Assembly: GCA_963735805.1 (NCBI GenBank)
Contig: CAVTMK010000003.1
Span: 320,001 to 384,000 of the forward strand
Source: an uncultured Verrucomicrobiae bacterium
Lineage (GTDB): Bacteria > Verrucomicrobiota > Verrucomicrobiia > Chthoniobacterales > UBA10450
DNA length: 64,000 bases
Direction of reading: 5' to 3'
Below the pieces are notes generated by a model that ran no database searches, had not been told where the DNA came from, and saw nothing but the letters and a program-made list of their open reading frames with translations. Both the position numbers and the translations under genes were made by a program. Positions 31,528-42,501 of the stretch are shown here, piece by piece. Each line of letters begins with the position of its first letter. Position 1 is the stretch's first letter.

Positions 31528-33660
31528 TCACCAACTCCAGGATACTCCGCCGTAGAACGAGCGCCCGTCGCCTGGATGAAAAATTTCAGGATTCGGTTCG
31601 GTGCGTGCGTCTGCGATCACATCGATAGACGCCGCATAATGCTGATCTGTCAGGTTCCTGCAATCGATAAAGATCGAGAAGCCGTTGGGCCGTCGAAAAC
31701 CCGCACGGAAACCAAGCAGCACATAACTATCCGCAAAGAGCGTGTTCGCCTCATCAACTGGGTAACGTGAAAGGTTACACTGCAGATTTGGTCCCGCATA
31801 GAAACCAGACGGGCTTTGGTAAAGCAGTTGCGCTTCATAAACGTGAACCGGGATCCCCGGGAGGCGATTGTCGCCATAAACAGTGTTTTCATCGAAATGG
31901 AAATCGTTGAGCGTGTAGTTCTGATCGAACGACAAACGATCGCCTGCGCGATCCGGCTGTTTCGACACCAGAATATTCCTAAGCAATTCAACTTCCAGGC
32001 TTGCCTCGATTCCTTGATGATTTGTGCGCGGGACGTTCCTGGTGCCAAGATCGTTTCCGAAGGCGTCGTTGACCTCTAGCAATTCATCACGAAACCACGA
32101 ACGGTACAGCGACAACTCCCACTCAAACCGCGAATACGCTCCGCGAGTTCCGACTTCAACGGTCCAAGCGTGTTGCGGTGACAGCGGTGTGTAGACAACG
32201 CTGGAATTCGGACCTTTATCAAAATCGACCAGATTATCTATCGAAGGAGGTTGCCAACTGCGACTGAAATTCACGAATGCCTGCGTCTGGTGATTGATTT
32301 CGTAAATGGCACCCAGCTTGGGATTAAATCCCCAAAAATTTTGCCGATTTGATTGATTTCCTGCCTCGTCGGTGAAGAACTCGTCCTTGAAATGACGTTC
32401 CGCGAAAATCGCCTGCGCTCCGGCGACGATCGAGAAGCGCGGTGTGAGATACAGCTGGTCCTCGAGATACGCTGGAAGGTTTATCGAACTGCCTATGCCT
32501 CGCGCAGTCGTTGCGCCCGGGTGTCCGAAAATATTTTCGTAATTTTGGGTGGGCTCGTCTTCGTACTGCGGGCTCGTACCAATTGTAAGAGTATTTCGAT
32601 GGCCAAACAGTTCCTGGCGGCTAACGAAATTCACGTTCCCGCCATAATTGTCCGAATAGAACTGCTCGATCCCTTCCCGAAAGTCGGGCGAAAAGAATCC
32701 GCGGTTCTCAATATCGTGATGGAACCAGAACACACCGACATCGAGCTGAATATCTTCAGTCCGAATGCTTAGCTTGTCCGCCAGGCGAACGTTCGACAAC
32801 TCCTTGTTCCAATCCTGGGCTATCGCGAGCGGGTTAGCCTGCGAGGGATCGTCTTCCATTTGTGACTTGGTCAAACCACCGGGCAGATTCCGATTGGTCC
32901 GGTCCATTGTGAGATAAAATCGATTCTCCACCTGGTCGCTGAACTTGTAACCGAGATCGGCAAAAAGAATTTCTGTGTCCTCGCGGCTATGCTCCCGAAA
33001 GCCCTCGCGCTCTCGAAAATCAATCGCGCCAAATTCGTCGAGCTTCCCTTGCACCGCGCCGCCGCTCATGTCGCCACGGAAGAAGCCGTAACTTCCCCCT
33101 TCAAGCCGGACCTGGAATGGAGCCGCATCGTACCCAGTAAACGGCACGAGATTGACTGCCCCGCCAAGGGTCAGCGCACCGTATTTAAACGCATTGGCGC
33201 CTCGAAAGATTTCCGCGTGGCTGATTGTCGCAACATCAAGATCCTCCAGAGTTGCCTCGCCATCGCCCTGATTAAAGTTCAGGCCGTCCATTAAAAACAT
33301 CACGCCGAGTGGCTCGTCTTCAGACGTGATCCCAGACCCTCGAATTGAAATCTTCGAAACTTCGGAGCCGTTTTCCGATTGTAGGAAAATGCCCGGCGTT
33401 CGTTGCAGTAAATCTTCAAAGTTAGACGCGCGACCGAATTCCATGTCGTCGTTCGTCTTGACTGTGAAGGCCCCCGGAACTTGCGTTTTCTGCTTCGCCG
33501 ATTCTTCGGGCGACCCCGAAGTAAGCGATCCTATCGCCTCTCCGGTGACTGTCACTCCCGCAGCTTCCGAAGGTGCAGGTGTGGAATCCTGAGCGAGAAT
33601 TTGTTTTGCGCAGCTGGCAATGAAAACGACGGCCAGGAAACATGAACGCCAGGATCTCAT
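31528..33660 (-). CDS. TonB-dependent receptor
   Basis: Signal peptide, VTVTG TonB box, plug motifs (SIRGSG, EIFRGA..KYG...LGG.VN), NLTD..Y and C-terminal Trp. Confidence 0.92.
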   Translation of the reverse strand: MRSWRSCFLAVVFIASCAKQILAQDSTPAPSEAAGVTVTGEAIGSLTSGSPEESAKQKTQVPGAFTVKTNDDMEFGRASNFEDLLQRTPGIFLQSENGSEVSKISIRGSGITSEDEPLGVMFLMDGLNFNQGDGEATLEDLDVATISHAEIFRGANAFKYGALTLGGAVNLVPFTGYDAAPFQVRLEGGSYGFFRGDMSGGAVQGKLDEFGAIDFREREGFREHSREDTEILFADLGYKFSDQVENRFYLTMDRTNRNLPGGLTKSQMEDDPSQANPLAIAQDWNKELSNVRLADKLSIRTEDIQLDVGVFWFHHDIENRGFFSPDFREGIEQFYSDNYGGNVNFVSRQELFGHRNTLTIGTSPQYEDEPTQNYENIFGHPGATTARGIGSSINLPAYLEDQLYLTPRFSIVAGAQAIFAERHFKDEFFTDEAGNQSNRQNFWGFNPKLGAIYEINHQTQAFVNFSRSWQPPSIDNLVDFDKGPNSSVVYTPLSPQHAWTVEVGTRGAYSRFEWELSLYRSWFRDELLEVNDAFGNDLGTRNVPRTNHQGIEASLEVELLRNILVSKQPDRAGDRLSFDQNYTLNDFHFDENTVYGDNRLPGIPVHVYEAQLLYQSPSGFYAGPNLQCNLSRYPVDEANTLFADSYVLLGFRAGFRRPNGFSIFIDCRNLTDQHYAASIDVIADARTEPNPEIFHPGDGRSFYGGVSWSW

Positions 33661-33806
33661 GGACCTATTTATGGCGCCCTGGCTCCATTCTGCTGGCGTT
33701 GGGTTGCTAATTTTTAGCGGCCCATTGTGCGCTGCGCCGCTTGAATCGTGATAAATCCAACTGCGGTGATTGATTGAGCGCTCCAATCTCGCCACATCGA
33801 GTCCGA

Positions 33807-34256
33807 TCAATCGCTCCCCGGAAGTTGCTTCACAAATCGCCACCCGTTTCGTTCGTAACCGAGCGACTCGTAAAATTTGTGTGCGTCCTCTCGCGTAAGC
33901 CGTGTATCTAAGCCGACACGCCTGATTCCTCTCTGGGCGAAATCCTTCTCGGCAGTCGCAATCAACGCGCGACCAATTCCGCGCCGGCGCGTGGCGCTTG
34001 ACGTAACCAAAGCGAGAATTCGCCCGGATGGATCGTTATGCTCATAGCTGGGATAGGTAAGCGTCCCGATCATGCCACAAGCGCAGTCGTCCACGATTGC
34101 GACGAACGTCTTGCAGGCCGGGTTCGACAAAATCAACTTTAGGCGTGTCTCCATTTCCGGGCGCTGGGTTTCATAGCCGAGTTCGCACATCAGCACCGCA
34201 AGGTCTGAAGCGTCGTTCAATTCCGCATCACGAATCCGCCATCCAGTATCGGGCAT
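33807..34256 (-). CDS. GNAT acetyltransferase
   Basis: RRRGIGRAL and AHKFYESLGY motifs. Confidence 0.9.
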   Translation of the reverse strand: MPDTGWRIRDAELNDASDLAVLMCELGYETQRPEMETRLKLILSNPACKTFVAIVDDCACGMIGTLTYPSYEHNDPSGRILALVTSSATRRRGIGRALIATAEKDFAQRGIRRVGLDTRLTREDAHKFYESLGYERNGWRFVKQLPGSD

Positions 34257-36155
34257 CTATTCAACAGCTCTCAATCGCGGCAATAACTGCTCCAGGATCG
34301 TCGTTACCGATTCGTCAACGCTTTGCTGATCCGTGCGAACCACAATCTCAGGATCCTCCGGCGCTTCGTAGGGCGCGTCGATCCCGGTGAATTCCCGAAT
34401 CTGGCCGGCCCGCGCTTTCTTATAGAGATTCTTCGGATCGCGCGCTTCGCAAACTTCCAGCGGCGCATCGACAAACACTTCGATAAACTCCGCGTTGCCT
34501 TCCAACGCTATCTCGCGCGCGCGGCTGCGATCCATCCGGTAGGGCGAGATGAAGGCCGTGATGACGACTGTCCCTGCGTCCGCCATAAGCTTGGCCACCT
34601 CGCTGACACGGCGAATGTTTTCGACCCGGTCGTCGGGCGCGAACCCGAGGTTTGAGTTTAATCCGTGCCGGATGTTGTCACCGTCGAGCACATAGGTATG
34701 CATGGCGCGCTGGAACAGCTCGCGTTCAAGTGCCTGTGCGATGGTCGATTTCCCGGCTCCAGAAAGCCCCGTTAACCAGATCACCGCGCCACGATGACCG
34801 CTCCGCAGTGCCCGGGCGTGGGCCGTTATTTTCCCCTCGGTCCAGAAAATATTTTTGCTCTTGGTAATGGTTCTGTCTGTATAAACGCCCCCGAAAATCG
34901 TTCCGCCACCACAGATTTTTCCGTCATCTATGATCACAAACCGCCCGAGATTCGGTATGCGATCGTGGTTATCGATGACGAGTCGTCCACGCGTTTGAAT
35001 TGTGAGTCTCCCAATTTCGTTTCGCTCCAATTGTTCGCGTTCGTCGCTCTTGCTCTCAAGTGTCGAAGAATCCATGACTCGCTCGATTGAAACCACCTCA
35101 CATCTCACATCCTGAGTTGCCAGCCTCAGGCTGTACAAATGTCCAACGCGCAGCGGGTCGCGCACGATCCAGAACAGGTCCGCATGAAAACGATTTGCCT
35201 CGACAGGGGTTTCATTTTCATGCGATGCGACGTAACCACGCTCGACGAAAATCTGTTCGCTGAGTGTGATCCCGATCGAATCTCCAGCAACAGCCGGGCC
35301 ATTCTCCTGAACGTTCCAACCCTCAATCGTGGCGACCACTGACGACTTGTTGGCGGGTGAAAATACGAGCTGATCCCCGACCCTTAGCGTTCCCGTTTCG
35401 ATCCGTCCCGCAATAATCCGGCGACCGTCGAAGCGATAAACGTCCTGAACACAAAAGCGAAGTGGAAGATCGACATCGCGGCCCTGGGGCTCCAGCAAAT
35501 CAAGTGCTTCAAGCACATTCGCGGCGCAGTACCATTTCATTTTCATACTGGTCCGCGCGACATTCTCGCCTTCCTTCGCGGAAGCAGGGATAAATGTCCG
35601 CGCGTCCAACCCAAGCTCTCCAAGAAACTTTCGATACTCCTGCTCGATCTCGCGAAACCTTTTCTCCGAGTAATCCACGAGATCCATCTTGTTAACAACG
35701 ACAATGACATGCTTGATGCCAAGCATGCTCAGGAGGTAGGCGTGGCGGCGACTCTGTTCACGCACGCCCTCATCTGCACTGATCACAAGGATCGCCGCGT
35801 CGGCTCTCGACGCTCCCGTGATCATGTTCTTCAGGAATTCCTTGTGTCCTGGCGCATCGATGATGGCGTATTGGCGTCGCGGCGTTCGGAAAGGGATTTC
35901 GGTCGTGTCGATCGTGACGTTTTGCTTTTGCTCCTCAAGAAGTGCATCGAGCAAAAACGCGAATTCAAATCCCATCCCCTCCTCTGCGCATGCCTTTTTT
36001 ATCTCTTCGACCTTGCCTTCGGCCAAGGAACCAGTGTCATGCAAAATGCGACCGATGAGTGTGGACTTACCGTGATCGACGTGGCCAACGAAAACCACGC
36101 GCAGCTTTGGCGCAACGTCTGAAGTTGAGTGTTGTGCGTTTGCCTTGTCGCTCAC
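34257..36155 (-). CDS. cysNC: Bifunctional sulfate adenylyltransferase subunit 1 / APS kinase
   Basis: [14 protein letters not shown] and NKMD GTPase motifs; [19 protein letters not shown] and FTGID.PYE kinase motifs. Confidence 0.96.
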   Translation of the reverse strand: MSDKANAQHSTSDVAPKLRVVFVGHVDHGKSTLIGRILHDTGSLAEGKVEEIKKACAEEGMGFEFAFLLDALLEEQKQNVTIDTTEIPFRTPRRQYAIIDAPGHKEFLKNMITGASRADAAILVISADEGVREQSRRHAYLLSMLGIKHVIVVVNKMDLVDYSEKRFREIEQEYRKFLGELGLDARTFIPASAKEGENVARTSMKMKWYCAANVLEALDLLEPQGRDVDLPLRFCVQDVYRFDGRRIIAGRIETGTLRVGDQLVFSPANKSSVVATIEGWNVQENGPAVAGDSIGITLSEQIFVERGYVASHENETPVEANRFHADLFWIVRDPLRVGHLYSLRLATQDVRCEVVSIERVMDSSTLESKSDEREQLERNEIGRLTIQTRGRLVIDNHDRIPNLGRFVIIDDGKICGGGTIFGGVYTDRTITKSKNIFWTEGKITAHARALRSGHRGAVIWLTGLSGAGKSTIAQALERELFQRAMHTYVLDGDNIRHGLNSNLGFAPDDRVENIRRVSEVAKLMADAGTVVITAFISPYRMDRSRAREIALEGNAEFIEVFVDAPLEVCEARDPKNLYKKARAGQIREFTGIDAPYEAPEDPEIVVRTDQQSVDESVTTILEQLLPRLRAVE

Positions 36156-36973
36156 AGAAATCCTTTCGCTCTCAACTTCTGCATCGCGTTGCGCTCATAA
36201 TGGTCTTGCGCGCGGCCGGCACGCTCACTCGTTTTTGTCGCTTCCAGTTCGGCGATGATTTCATCGATCGTCGAGGCATTGCTGTCGATCGGACGCGTAA
36301 TGGGGCTGCAGCCCAGAGACCGAAATCGTTTCCCATTTCGAGCGAAATACATTTGCGGAATGGGTATGTTTTCCCTCTGGATGTAGCGCCAGATGTCCAC
36401 CTCGGTCCAATCGAGCAAGGGTTGAATACGAACATGTTCACCCTTACCAGCTGTGGTTACGAACTGGCTCCAAAATTCAGGCGGCTGATCCTTGTAATCC
36501 CATTCAAACTGAGCGTTGCGCGGCGAAAAATAACGTTCCTTCGCTCGAGTTGGGTCTTCATCGCGTCGAATGCCGGTGATAAGCGCGTCCCATTTGTACT
36601 CGGCCAATACCTGTTGCAACGCCACGGTCTTTAACTCATGCGTAACCGTTACCGGATCGTGCGTCTCGTAACCAATCCCGCGCGCTCGGGCTTCGGTGTT
36701 GATCTTAACAATGAGATTGAGATTATGATGTTTCCTCGCCCATTCGCGAAATTCCAGCATCTCCGGAAACTCATAGGTCGTGTCGATGTGCAGAATGGGA
36801 AAAGGAACCCGCCCGAAGAAGGCTTTGCGAGCAAGCCAGATCAGAACGTTTGAGTCTTTACCCATCGACCAGGGCATGGCGATATTTTTGAAAGCGTGAT
36901 AGGCCTCGCGGAAAATAAAGATGCTCTGGTTCTCGAGATCGTCGAGATGAGTGCGCCGGAAAGGTGTCATCAT
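36152..36973 (-). CDS. cysD: Sulfate adenylyltransferase subunit 2
   Basis: WSMGKDS, GIRRDE..RAKER.FS, FRSLGC and ER.GRAQD; start chosen at MMTPF. Confidence 0.95.
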   Translation of the reverse strand: MMTPFRRTHLDDLENQSIFIFREAYHAFKNIAMPWSMGKDSNVLIWLARKAFFGRVPFPILHIDTTYEFPEMLEFREWARKHHNLNLIVKINTEARARGIGYETHDPVTVTHELKTVALQQVLAEYKWDALITGIRRDEDPTRAKERYFSPRNAQFEWDYKDQPPEFWSQFVTTAGKGEHVRIQPLLDWTEVDIWRYIQRENIPIPQMYFARNGKRFRSLGCSPITRPIDSNASTIDEIIAELEATKTSERAGRAQDHYERNAMQKLRAKGFL

Positions 36974-37138
36974 TTGGATAAGCGCCGTTCTATACAATCG
37001 GGAAGCTCTTGCTGCAACGAGAGCGCGTCCAACCTCCCAAATCTTCGAGTACATTACGCCGGAACGCCCTTAAAGCTTCTCGCAGATTCACGTCGCGATT
37101 CGGCTTGCGTGCTTCGTTGCGCATTTTTACCTTTAGTC

Positions 37139-37675
37139 ATGCTTGAAACACGTGCCACGGCGTACGATTCAAAGATCGAAGGAAATGTCATTTTTACGCG
37201 CTTCGATGCTGCACTTAATTGGGTACGCAAAAACTCACTGTGGCCGATGCCAATGGGCCTGGCCTGTTGCGCGATCGAGTTGATGGCCGCAGCGGCTTCG
37301 CGCTTCGATATCGCCCGATTTGGTGCGGAGGTGATGCGGTTTTCGCCCCGCCAATGCGACGTGATGATCGTAGCCGGCACCGTCACCTACAAAATGGCGC
37401 TGGCGGTAAAACGCATTTATGAGCAAATGCCTGAACCAAAATGGGTGATCGCCATGGGCGCATGCGCTTCCACAGGCGGTATGTATCGCTCCTACGCCGT
37501 GCTGCAGGGAATCGACCAGCTTCTTCCGGTTGATGTTTATGTTTCCGGTTGTCCTCCGCGCCCGGAGGCTTTGCTTGCCGGGCTAATAAAATTGCAGGAG
37601 AAAATCTCCCGGGAACGCTCGTTTCGAAATCAGAAACCGGAACTGGCCGACAAACTCGAAGAAGCGCTGGGATGA
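37139..37675 (+). CDS. nuoB: NADH-quinone oxidoreductase subunit B
   Basis: [21 protein letters not shown] and GCPPRPE motifs. Confidence 0.96.
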   Translation: MLETRATAYDSKIEGNVIFTRFDAALNWVRKNSLWPMPMGLACCAIELMAAAASRFDIARFGAEVMRFSPRQCDVMIVAGTVTYKMALAVKRIYEQMPEPKWVIAMGACASTGGMYRSYAVLQGIDQLLPVDVYVSGCPPRPEALLAGLIKLQEKISRERSFRNQKPELADKLEEALG

Positions 37676-37698
37676 ACACGCGCGCCGGGATTTTTGAT

Positions 37699-37761
37699 TG
37701 TAGCGCAAGCGCTTCGCTTGCATTCCCCATCACGCTGGCAGGCGGAGTGCCTGCCCGACAA
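37699..37761. repeat. GTAG-type REP doublet between nuoB and nuoC
   Basis: TGTAGCGCAAGCGcttCGCTTGC ... GGCAGGCggagtGCCTGCCCGACA. Confidence 0.7.
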
Positions 37762-37772
37762 CAATATTGCGA

Positions 37773-38348
37773 ATGACTGGCCAGGAGCTACTCGACTCGT
37801 TAGGCAACGCCTTTGGCTCAAAAATTCACAACAAGACCGAATTTCGGGGCGAAACGAGTTATACGATTGCCGCAAACGATCTCCGCGAGATCTCAAAATT
37901 TTGCCGGGACGAACTTTCGTTCGATTACCTGATCGATGTCACAAGCATCGACAATTTCGGCGAAGAGCCTCGCTTCGAAATTGTCTATCATCTTTACTCA
38001 ATGCCACATGCAGTTCATCTGCGCCTGAAGCTAAGCGTTCCAGAAGGCGCAGACGCCGTGGATACAGTTTCCGACATTTGGCCGACCGCAAACTGGCACG
38101 AGCGGGAGATTTACGACATGATGGGAGTCAAGTTCAACGGCCATCCGGATCTCCGGCGTATTTTAATGTGGGACGGCTATCCGTTTTTCCCGTTGCGAAA
38201 AGATTTCCCGCTGGAAGGACTACCGAGCGACATGCCGGATGTCGCTTTCACCAAAGTCACGCCATTGGAAGGTGGCCCTTTCGTAACTGTTCCCAGCACG
38301 GCCACTTCTAAAGACCGGGAACCCCGCGCTCGACCGCCGGAATTGTAA
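37773..38348 (+). CDS. nuoC: NADH-quinone oxidoreductase subunit C
   Basis: RFEIVYHL, ANWHERE.YDM.G..F.GHPDLRRILM and PLRKDFP motifs. Confidence 0.96.
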   Translation: MTGQELLDSLGNAFGSKIHNKTEFRGETSYTIAANDLREISKFCRDELSFDYLIDVTSIDNFGEEPRFEIVYHLYSMPHAVHLRLKLSVPEGADAVDTVSDIWPTANWHEREIYDMMGVKFNGHPDLRRILMWDGYPFFPLRKDFPLEGLPSDMPDVAFTKVTPLEGGPFVTVPSTATSKDREPRARPPEL

Positions 38349-38384
38349 GTTCAAACCTACCCTGGGCGTTCGTGGCCCTTTCTG

Positions 38385-40031
38385 CTACGCAGCCGAGACC
38401 GGAGGAGCGTTTTCGGGCTTCCGTGTAGCAACCATCACATCTGGGCGCACGTTTTCGTCGCGTGGAATGAGGGTCGTCGTTTTTTGGCCCGGCTTCGGAT
38501 AAGCGATCCGGCTATGCAACATCATCATGAGCGTGAACCGGAAGCGTTCGGCGATGACTTTCAGCTCACCGAGCGTGAGATCGCAGTCGTCCAATTGCCG
38601 GTCGCTGATACGCTCTTCGATCAGTTCGTTGACAAGCGTTTCTATCTTTTGCGGCGTCGGCTTCTCCAGACTCCGCGAGGCGCTTTCGACCATATCAGCC
38701 AGACTAATGATTGCGCTCTCTTTTGTCTGAGGTTTCGGTCCGCCATAGCGAAAACTCTCTTCCTTAACCTCGGGAATATCGTCCTCGCGCAGCTTCATAA
38801 TTTTGCCGCCGGCGCGCGCATCCTCATGCTGTTGAAGCGCGCGTTGATAAAAATAGCGGACAAGCGATGTCCCATGGTGTTCCTGGATTATATCGATAAT
38901 GCGTTGATTGAGTTTGTACTTCAGCGCCAGATCGACGCCTTCCTTCACGTGCGCGATGATGATCAACGCACTCATCGTCGGCGCGAGGTCATCGTGCGGG
39001 TTGCGTTCAAAACTCATGTTCTCTGTGAAGTATTCCGGCTTCACCAATTTACCGACATCGTGAAAATAGGCGCAGACACGACAGAGGGTTGCGTTTGCAC
39101 CGATCGCTTCTGCCGCAGCTTCGGCGAGATTCGCAACGACCAGGCTGTGATGATAAGTCCCCGGCGCTTCGATGGTCATACGTCGCAGCAATGGATGGTT
39201 TAAATCGGACGCTTCCAGCCAGGAAATGTCCGTTGTGATTTCGAACAGGTTTTCAAGAATCGGCAGGGCACCGCCAACCAGGGTTGCCGTCAAAATTCCA
39301 TTGCCGATAGCGAGAGCGCTTTGCAGTCCGACCATGCCCCAATCATTGGCCATCGGATAAAACCAATTGATCGGCCCGATAAGGCCAAACGTCAGCGACA
39401 GAAGCCAGATGGCGAGCCCGACCCAGAATCCAGCACGGATCAAATTGCTCCGCCGTCGCACCTGCAGCGTAAGGGAGACCGCTGTGAACCCGCTGATCAG
39501 ACTCGTTACGAGCAGGGGCGCGTCAATTGGCCCAAACAACATGCTACTCCAGAGACTGACAAAAAATGCAGCGTAAAGCCCGTGATGGCGGCCCAGCAAT
39601 ACGCTCAGCACAAGCGGCGCAAAAGCATAGGGCATGATCAACCCCGCCATTTCCGGCCTGAGGAACCGGTAGCTACCGCTGTTACAAAGCACGAGCAGCA
39701 GTTTAATCACAGCCAGTTGCACCAAAATGACGCCGAAGATCAGAAGAATGCGCGAGTTCCGTGAAAAGCTCCTCGGCTGATTGATCCAAAGCTGAGTAAT
39801 CGCCGTGGTCAGGACCAGAAGCGCAATAATAAAATTCTTGGTCGGCTCGGGTTGCTGGCCGCTAAAAACGAGAAACGCGATGCCACCGGCAAACACCGCG
39901 AAGATTACGGCCTTGATGGCGAGCGAGTGCTCCAAACTGCGCTTCAGCTCGCTGCGCGCCCGCCGGCGCCGCATTTTCCGTGAGGCGAGGCCACGTCTGA
40001 CGAGTCTTCCGCGTTTGAAAAAATCGAACAT
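38385..40031 (-). CDS. 7TM-HD (HDIG) phosphohydrolase, PgpH-like
   Basis: TM helices, EAPGTYHHS, HDVGK, HHGT and FRY.GPKPQ; GGAGGT RBS before ATG 40031. Confidence 0.92.
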   Translation of the reverse strand: MFDFFKRGRLVRRGLASRKMRRRRARSELKRSLEHSLAIKAVIFAVFAGGIAFLVFSGQQPEPTKNFIIALLVLTTAITQLWINQPRSFSRNSRILLIFGVILVQLAVIKLLLVLCNSGSYRFLRPEMAGLIMPYAFAPLVLSVLLGRHHGLYAAFFVSLWSSMLFGPIDAPLLVTSLISGFTAVSLTLQVRRRSNLIRAGFWVGLAIWLLSLTFGLIGPINWFYPMANDWGMVGLQSALAIGNGILTATLVGGALPILENLFEITTDISWLEASDLNHPLLRRMTIEAPGTYHHSLVVANLAEAAAEAIGANATLCRVCAYFHDVGKLVKPEYFTENMSFERNPHDDLAPTMSALIIIAHVKEGVDLALKYKLNQRIIDIIQEHHGTSLVRYFYQRALQQHEDARAGGKIMKLREDDIPEVKEESFRYGGPKPQTKESAIISLADMVESASRSLEKPTPQKIETLVNELIEERISDRQLDDCDLTLGELKVIAERFRFTLMMMLHSRIAYPKPGQKTTTLIPRDENVRPDVMVATRKPENAPPVSAA

Positions 40032-40038
40032 TTCGGTT

Positions 40039-41016
40039 TTACCTCCGTGGCGATGGCGCAGGCGAGCGGTGTTGCTGATAGGCACCGATAATGGCGCGTA
40101 CCAACTCATGCCGCACGACGTCGCGCTCTGTAAAATACACAGTAGCAATTCCGGGGACAGCCTTTAATGCCTGTAAGGCTTCCACGACTCCGGAGCGCTT
40201 GTTAGCCGGCAGATCAATCTGTGTGACGTCACCGGTCACGACGCACTTGGAATTCAAACCGATTCGCGTCAGCAACATGAACATCTGTTCGGTAGTTGTG
40301 TTTTGCGCTTCATCCAGGATGACAAAGGCGTTACTCAACGTACGTCCGCGCATGTATGCCAGCGGAGCCACCTCTATGGTCTGGCGCGCAATGGCGCGCT
40401 CCATTTCCTCTGGTTCTAACATTTCACGCAGGGCGTCATAAAGCGGACGCAGGTAAGGCGTAATTTTTTGTTCCAGGTCGCCCGGAAGAAAACCGAGCGC
40501 TTCCCCTGCTTCCACCGCAGGGCGCGTTAAGATAATGCGGGCTACCTGCTCCTTCTTGAGTGCCGCGACTGCCATGGCAACGGCAAGGTAAGTTTTGCCT
40601 GTGCCGGCCGGGCCGATTCCGAAAACGACGTCGTGCTTTTGAATTGCCTCGACATACGCCCGCTGGTTTGCGCTTCGCGCTACTATCGGGGGTTTGCGCA
40701 GCGACGTTGTAATCTTGGTCGAAACAACATCGCCCAGATTATCGTCGCGATCTTCGGATACAGCCTTAAGCGCATAATTAAATTCGTGCTTTTGAATGTC
40801 TACCCCCTGCTTGCGCACCCTCTCGAGCTGCTCGAACACGTGCTGCGCTTTGTCCACACGGCCTGGGTCGCCTTCGAGTTTCACCCAGCCTTCGCGCGTG
40901 GTCACTTTCACGCCGAGCGAATCCTCAAGATTCTTCAACAGTTTAATGTCGTTGGCGTAGAGCGACTGCAAAGCGCGCGGACTCTCAAACTCAAGCGTGC
41001 GCGTTTCCGTCATCAT
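40039..41016 (-). CDS. phoH: PhoH family ATPase
   Basis: GPAGTGKTYLA, RPAVEAGE, YMRGRT and DEAQN motifs. Confidence 0.95.
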   Translation of the reverse strand: MMTETRTLEFESPRALQSLYANDIKLLKNLEDSLGVKVTTREGWVKLEGDPGRVDKAQHVFEQLERVRKQGVDIQKHEFNYALKAVSEDRDDNLGDVVSTKITTSLRKPPIVARSANQRAYVEAIQKHDVVFGIGPAGTGKTYLAVAMAVAALKKEQVARIILTRPAVEAGEALGFLPGDLEQKITPYLRPLYDALREMLEPEEMERAIARQTIEVAPLAYMRGRTLSNAFVILDEAQNTTTEQMFMLLTRIGLNSKCVVTGDVTQIDLPANKRSGVVEALQALKAVPGIATVYFTERDVVRHELVRAIIGAYQQHRSPAPSPRR

Positions 41017-41083
41017 TTAATTCGCGAAATCAGCATCCCTGCCGATGGAGCATTGGCGAAGAGTCAATGCCACTAACGCCACT

Positions 41084-41533
41084 CTACCGGAAACCATACA
41101 CCAACGCCCAATGTGTCCGTTCCTCCGGCGATTGCTCGACGCTAACGATGATAAAGTAACTGCCCGTGGTTTTTGGAATGATGTGGGCGGCCGCAAAATG
41201 ACCTTTCTCCCAGCTGTCTGGTTCTTCCGCCAGTTTTCCGTCTGAGTCATAAACATGAACAGACACCTTCGCTCGATCGACTTCTGTTCCCAGCCAGAAC
41301 CAATATTCGTTGCCTTTGAACAACTGCTGCCGCACTGCCTTTTTCTCTCCAGAAGCGAGGTCGCCTCCCCAGTAGTCCTCGCGTACTTGAAATCCCTGTT
41401 TTACATATGGTTCTGCCGCCTGAAGAGCAAACGACTGTGCGTCATCCACGGAAGCGAAGCTGGTCCGCTCCATTATGACGATGACTGCCAGCAGAGAGCT
41501 GGTGCGCAAAAGAACTTTCGCGAAACGGTTCAT
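41084..41533 (-). CDS. Hypothetical secreted protein
   Basis: Signal peptide, aromatic beta-rich mature part; 9 bp downstream of the upstream gene. Confidence 0.75.
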   Translation of the reverse strand: MNRFAKVLLRTSSLLAVIVIMERTSFASVDDAQSFALQAAEPYVKQGFQVREDYWGGDLASGEKKAVRQQLFKGNEYWFWLGTEVDRAKVSVHVYDSDGKLAEEPDSWEKGHFAAAHIIPKTTGSYFIIVSVEQSPEERTHWALVYGFR

Positions 41534-41542
41534 CGAAGTTTC

Positions 41543-42343
41543 CTAATCTCTTGTGACAATGCCGTTGCCGAGCCGCGTCGTGATCTCGTTGACCTTTTTA
41601 ACTGATTCGGCAGGAATATGGGCACTGCCTACGTCAATTAGCGGCTTCACTTCGACCAAGGCGTCTTGAATTTTGTGAAGAATCGGAAGGTTAAACTCAG
41701 GCATCGCCTTCAGTCTTGTCTGAAAATAAGACAGGAGATCAGGTTGATGCAGCAATTCGGCGCCGTCGGCGGAAAAATGCTGGTTTACCACCGAGGTCAG
41801 CACCTCCGTGCCCCTCAGCCACCCACCCAGACTGACCAGCTGTGATAATTTTTCGTCGTGGACTTCATTCATTGCCGTTTGCACACTATTTTGGGTGCGA
41901 TCCAATTCCTGGCGCACATTTTCCCAATTCCGTTTGTCTGCTGCCTCGATGATCGCCTTGGCATGTGGCGTGATTGAATTTCCCACGCCAATCCCCTTCG
42001 CGAGTGCCAGCACCCGTTGGCCAATCTCCTTTACCGTCGGCGCGTCTTCCGCTTGGACCGCGATAAAACCATCTGCGATCACCGTCCCTAACAAAAGGGC
42101 GATGCGCGGCCGTTCCGTGAAATTCGGCCCCTTATCGCTGCGAACGTGTTCCTTCCAATTGACCGCGCCCAGCTTGTTCAATGCTCCGAAAATTTCGTTC
42201 GGCAACGGGACCACAACATCTTCCACAGTGGTGGATAATTGGTTAATATTGATGTGCTGCGGAGCCTGTGCGCCCTGCGCGCATAGCGCAGAACCGCAAA
42301 GCGCCGCTAGAATTACCTTCAAATGTTTAGTAAACAGAATCAT
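41543..42343 (-). CDS. Hypothetical secreted helical protein
   Basis: Signal peptide; protein-like 266-aa ORF. Confidence 0.78.
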   Translation of the reverse strand: MILFTKHLKVILAALCGSALCAQGAQAPQHININQLSTTVEDVVVPLPNEIFGALNKLGAVNWKEHVRSDKGPNFTERPRIALLLGTVIADGFIAVQAEDAPTVKEIGQRVLALAKGIGVGNSITPHAKAIIEAADKRNWENVRQELDRTQNSVQTAMNEVHDEKLSQLVSLGGWLRGTEVLTSVVNQHFSADGAELLHQPDLLSYFQTRLKAMPEFNLPILHKIQDALVEVKPLIDVGSAHIPAESVKKVNEITTRLGNGIVTRD

Positions 42344-42501
42344 TGGGAGCCTCGAGTATTGATTTCGGGTTCGTATTCAGGATTTAATGAAGCGAACCTT
42401 AAGCAAAACCACTGCCGTACACAAATCGCTGCTGAAAACATTTTGAATCGCCTTAACCGAACCACTTCATCGCCTCTGGCGGGCTACTGCCTGCATTCCC
42501 T

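Noticed and set aside
33661..33843. N-terminal extension of the TonB receptor, or a cobalamin riboswitch upstream
   Set aside because: The signal peptide begins at ATG 33660; no B12-box motif recognised
36896..37138. Extended N-termini of nuoB and cysD in the ORF track
   Set aside because: They would overlap each other head to head; conserved sequence starts at 37139 and 36973
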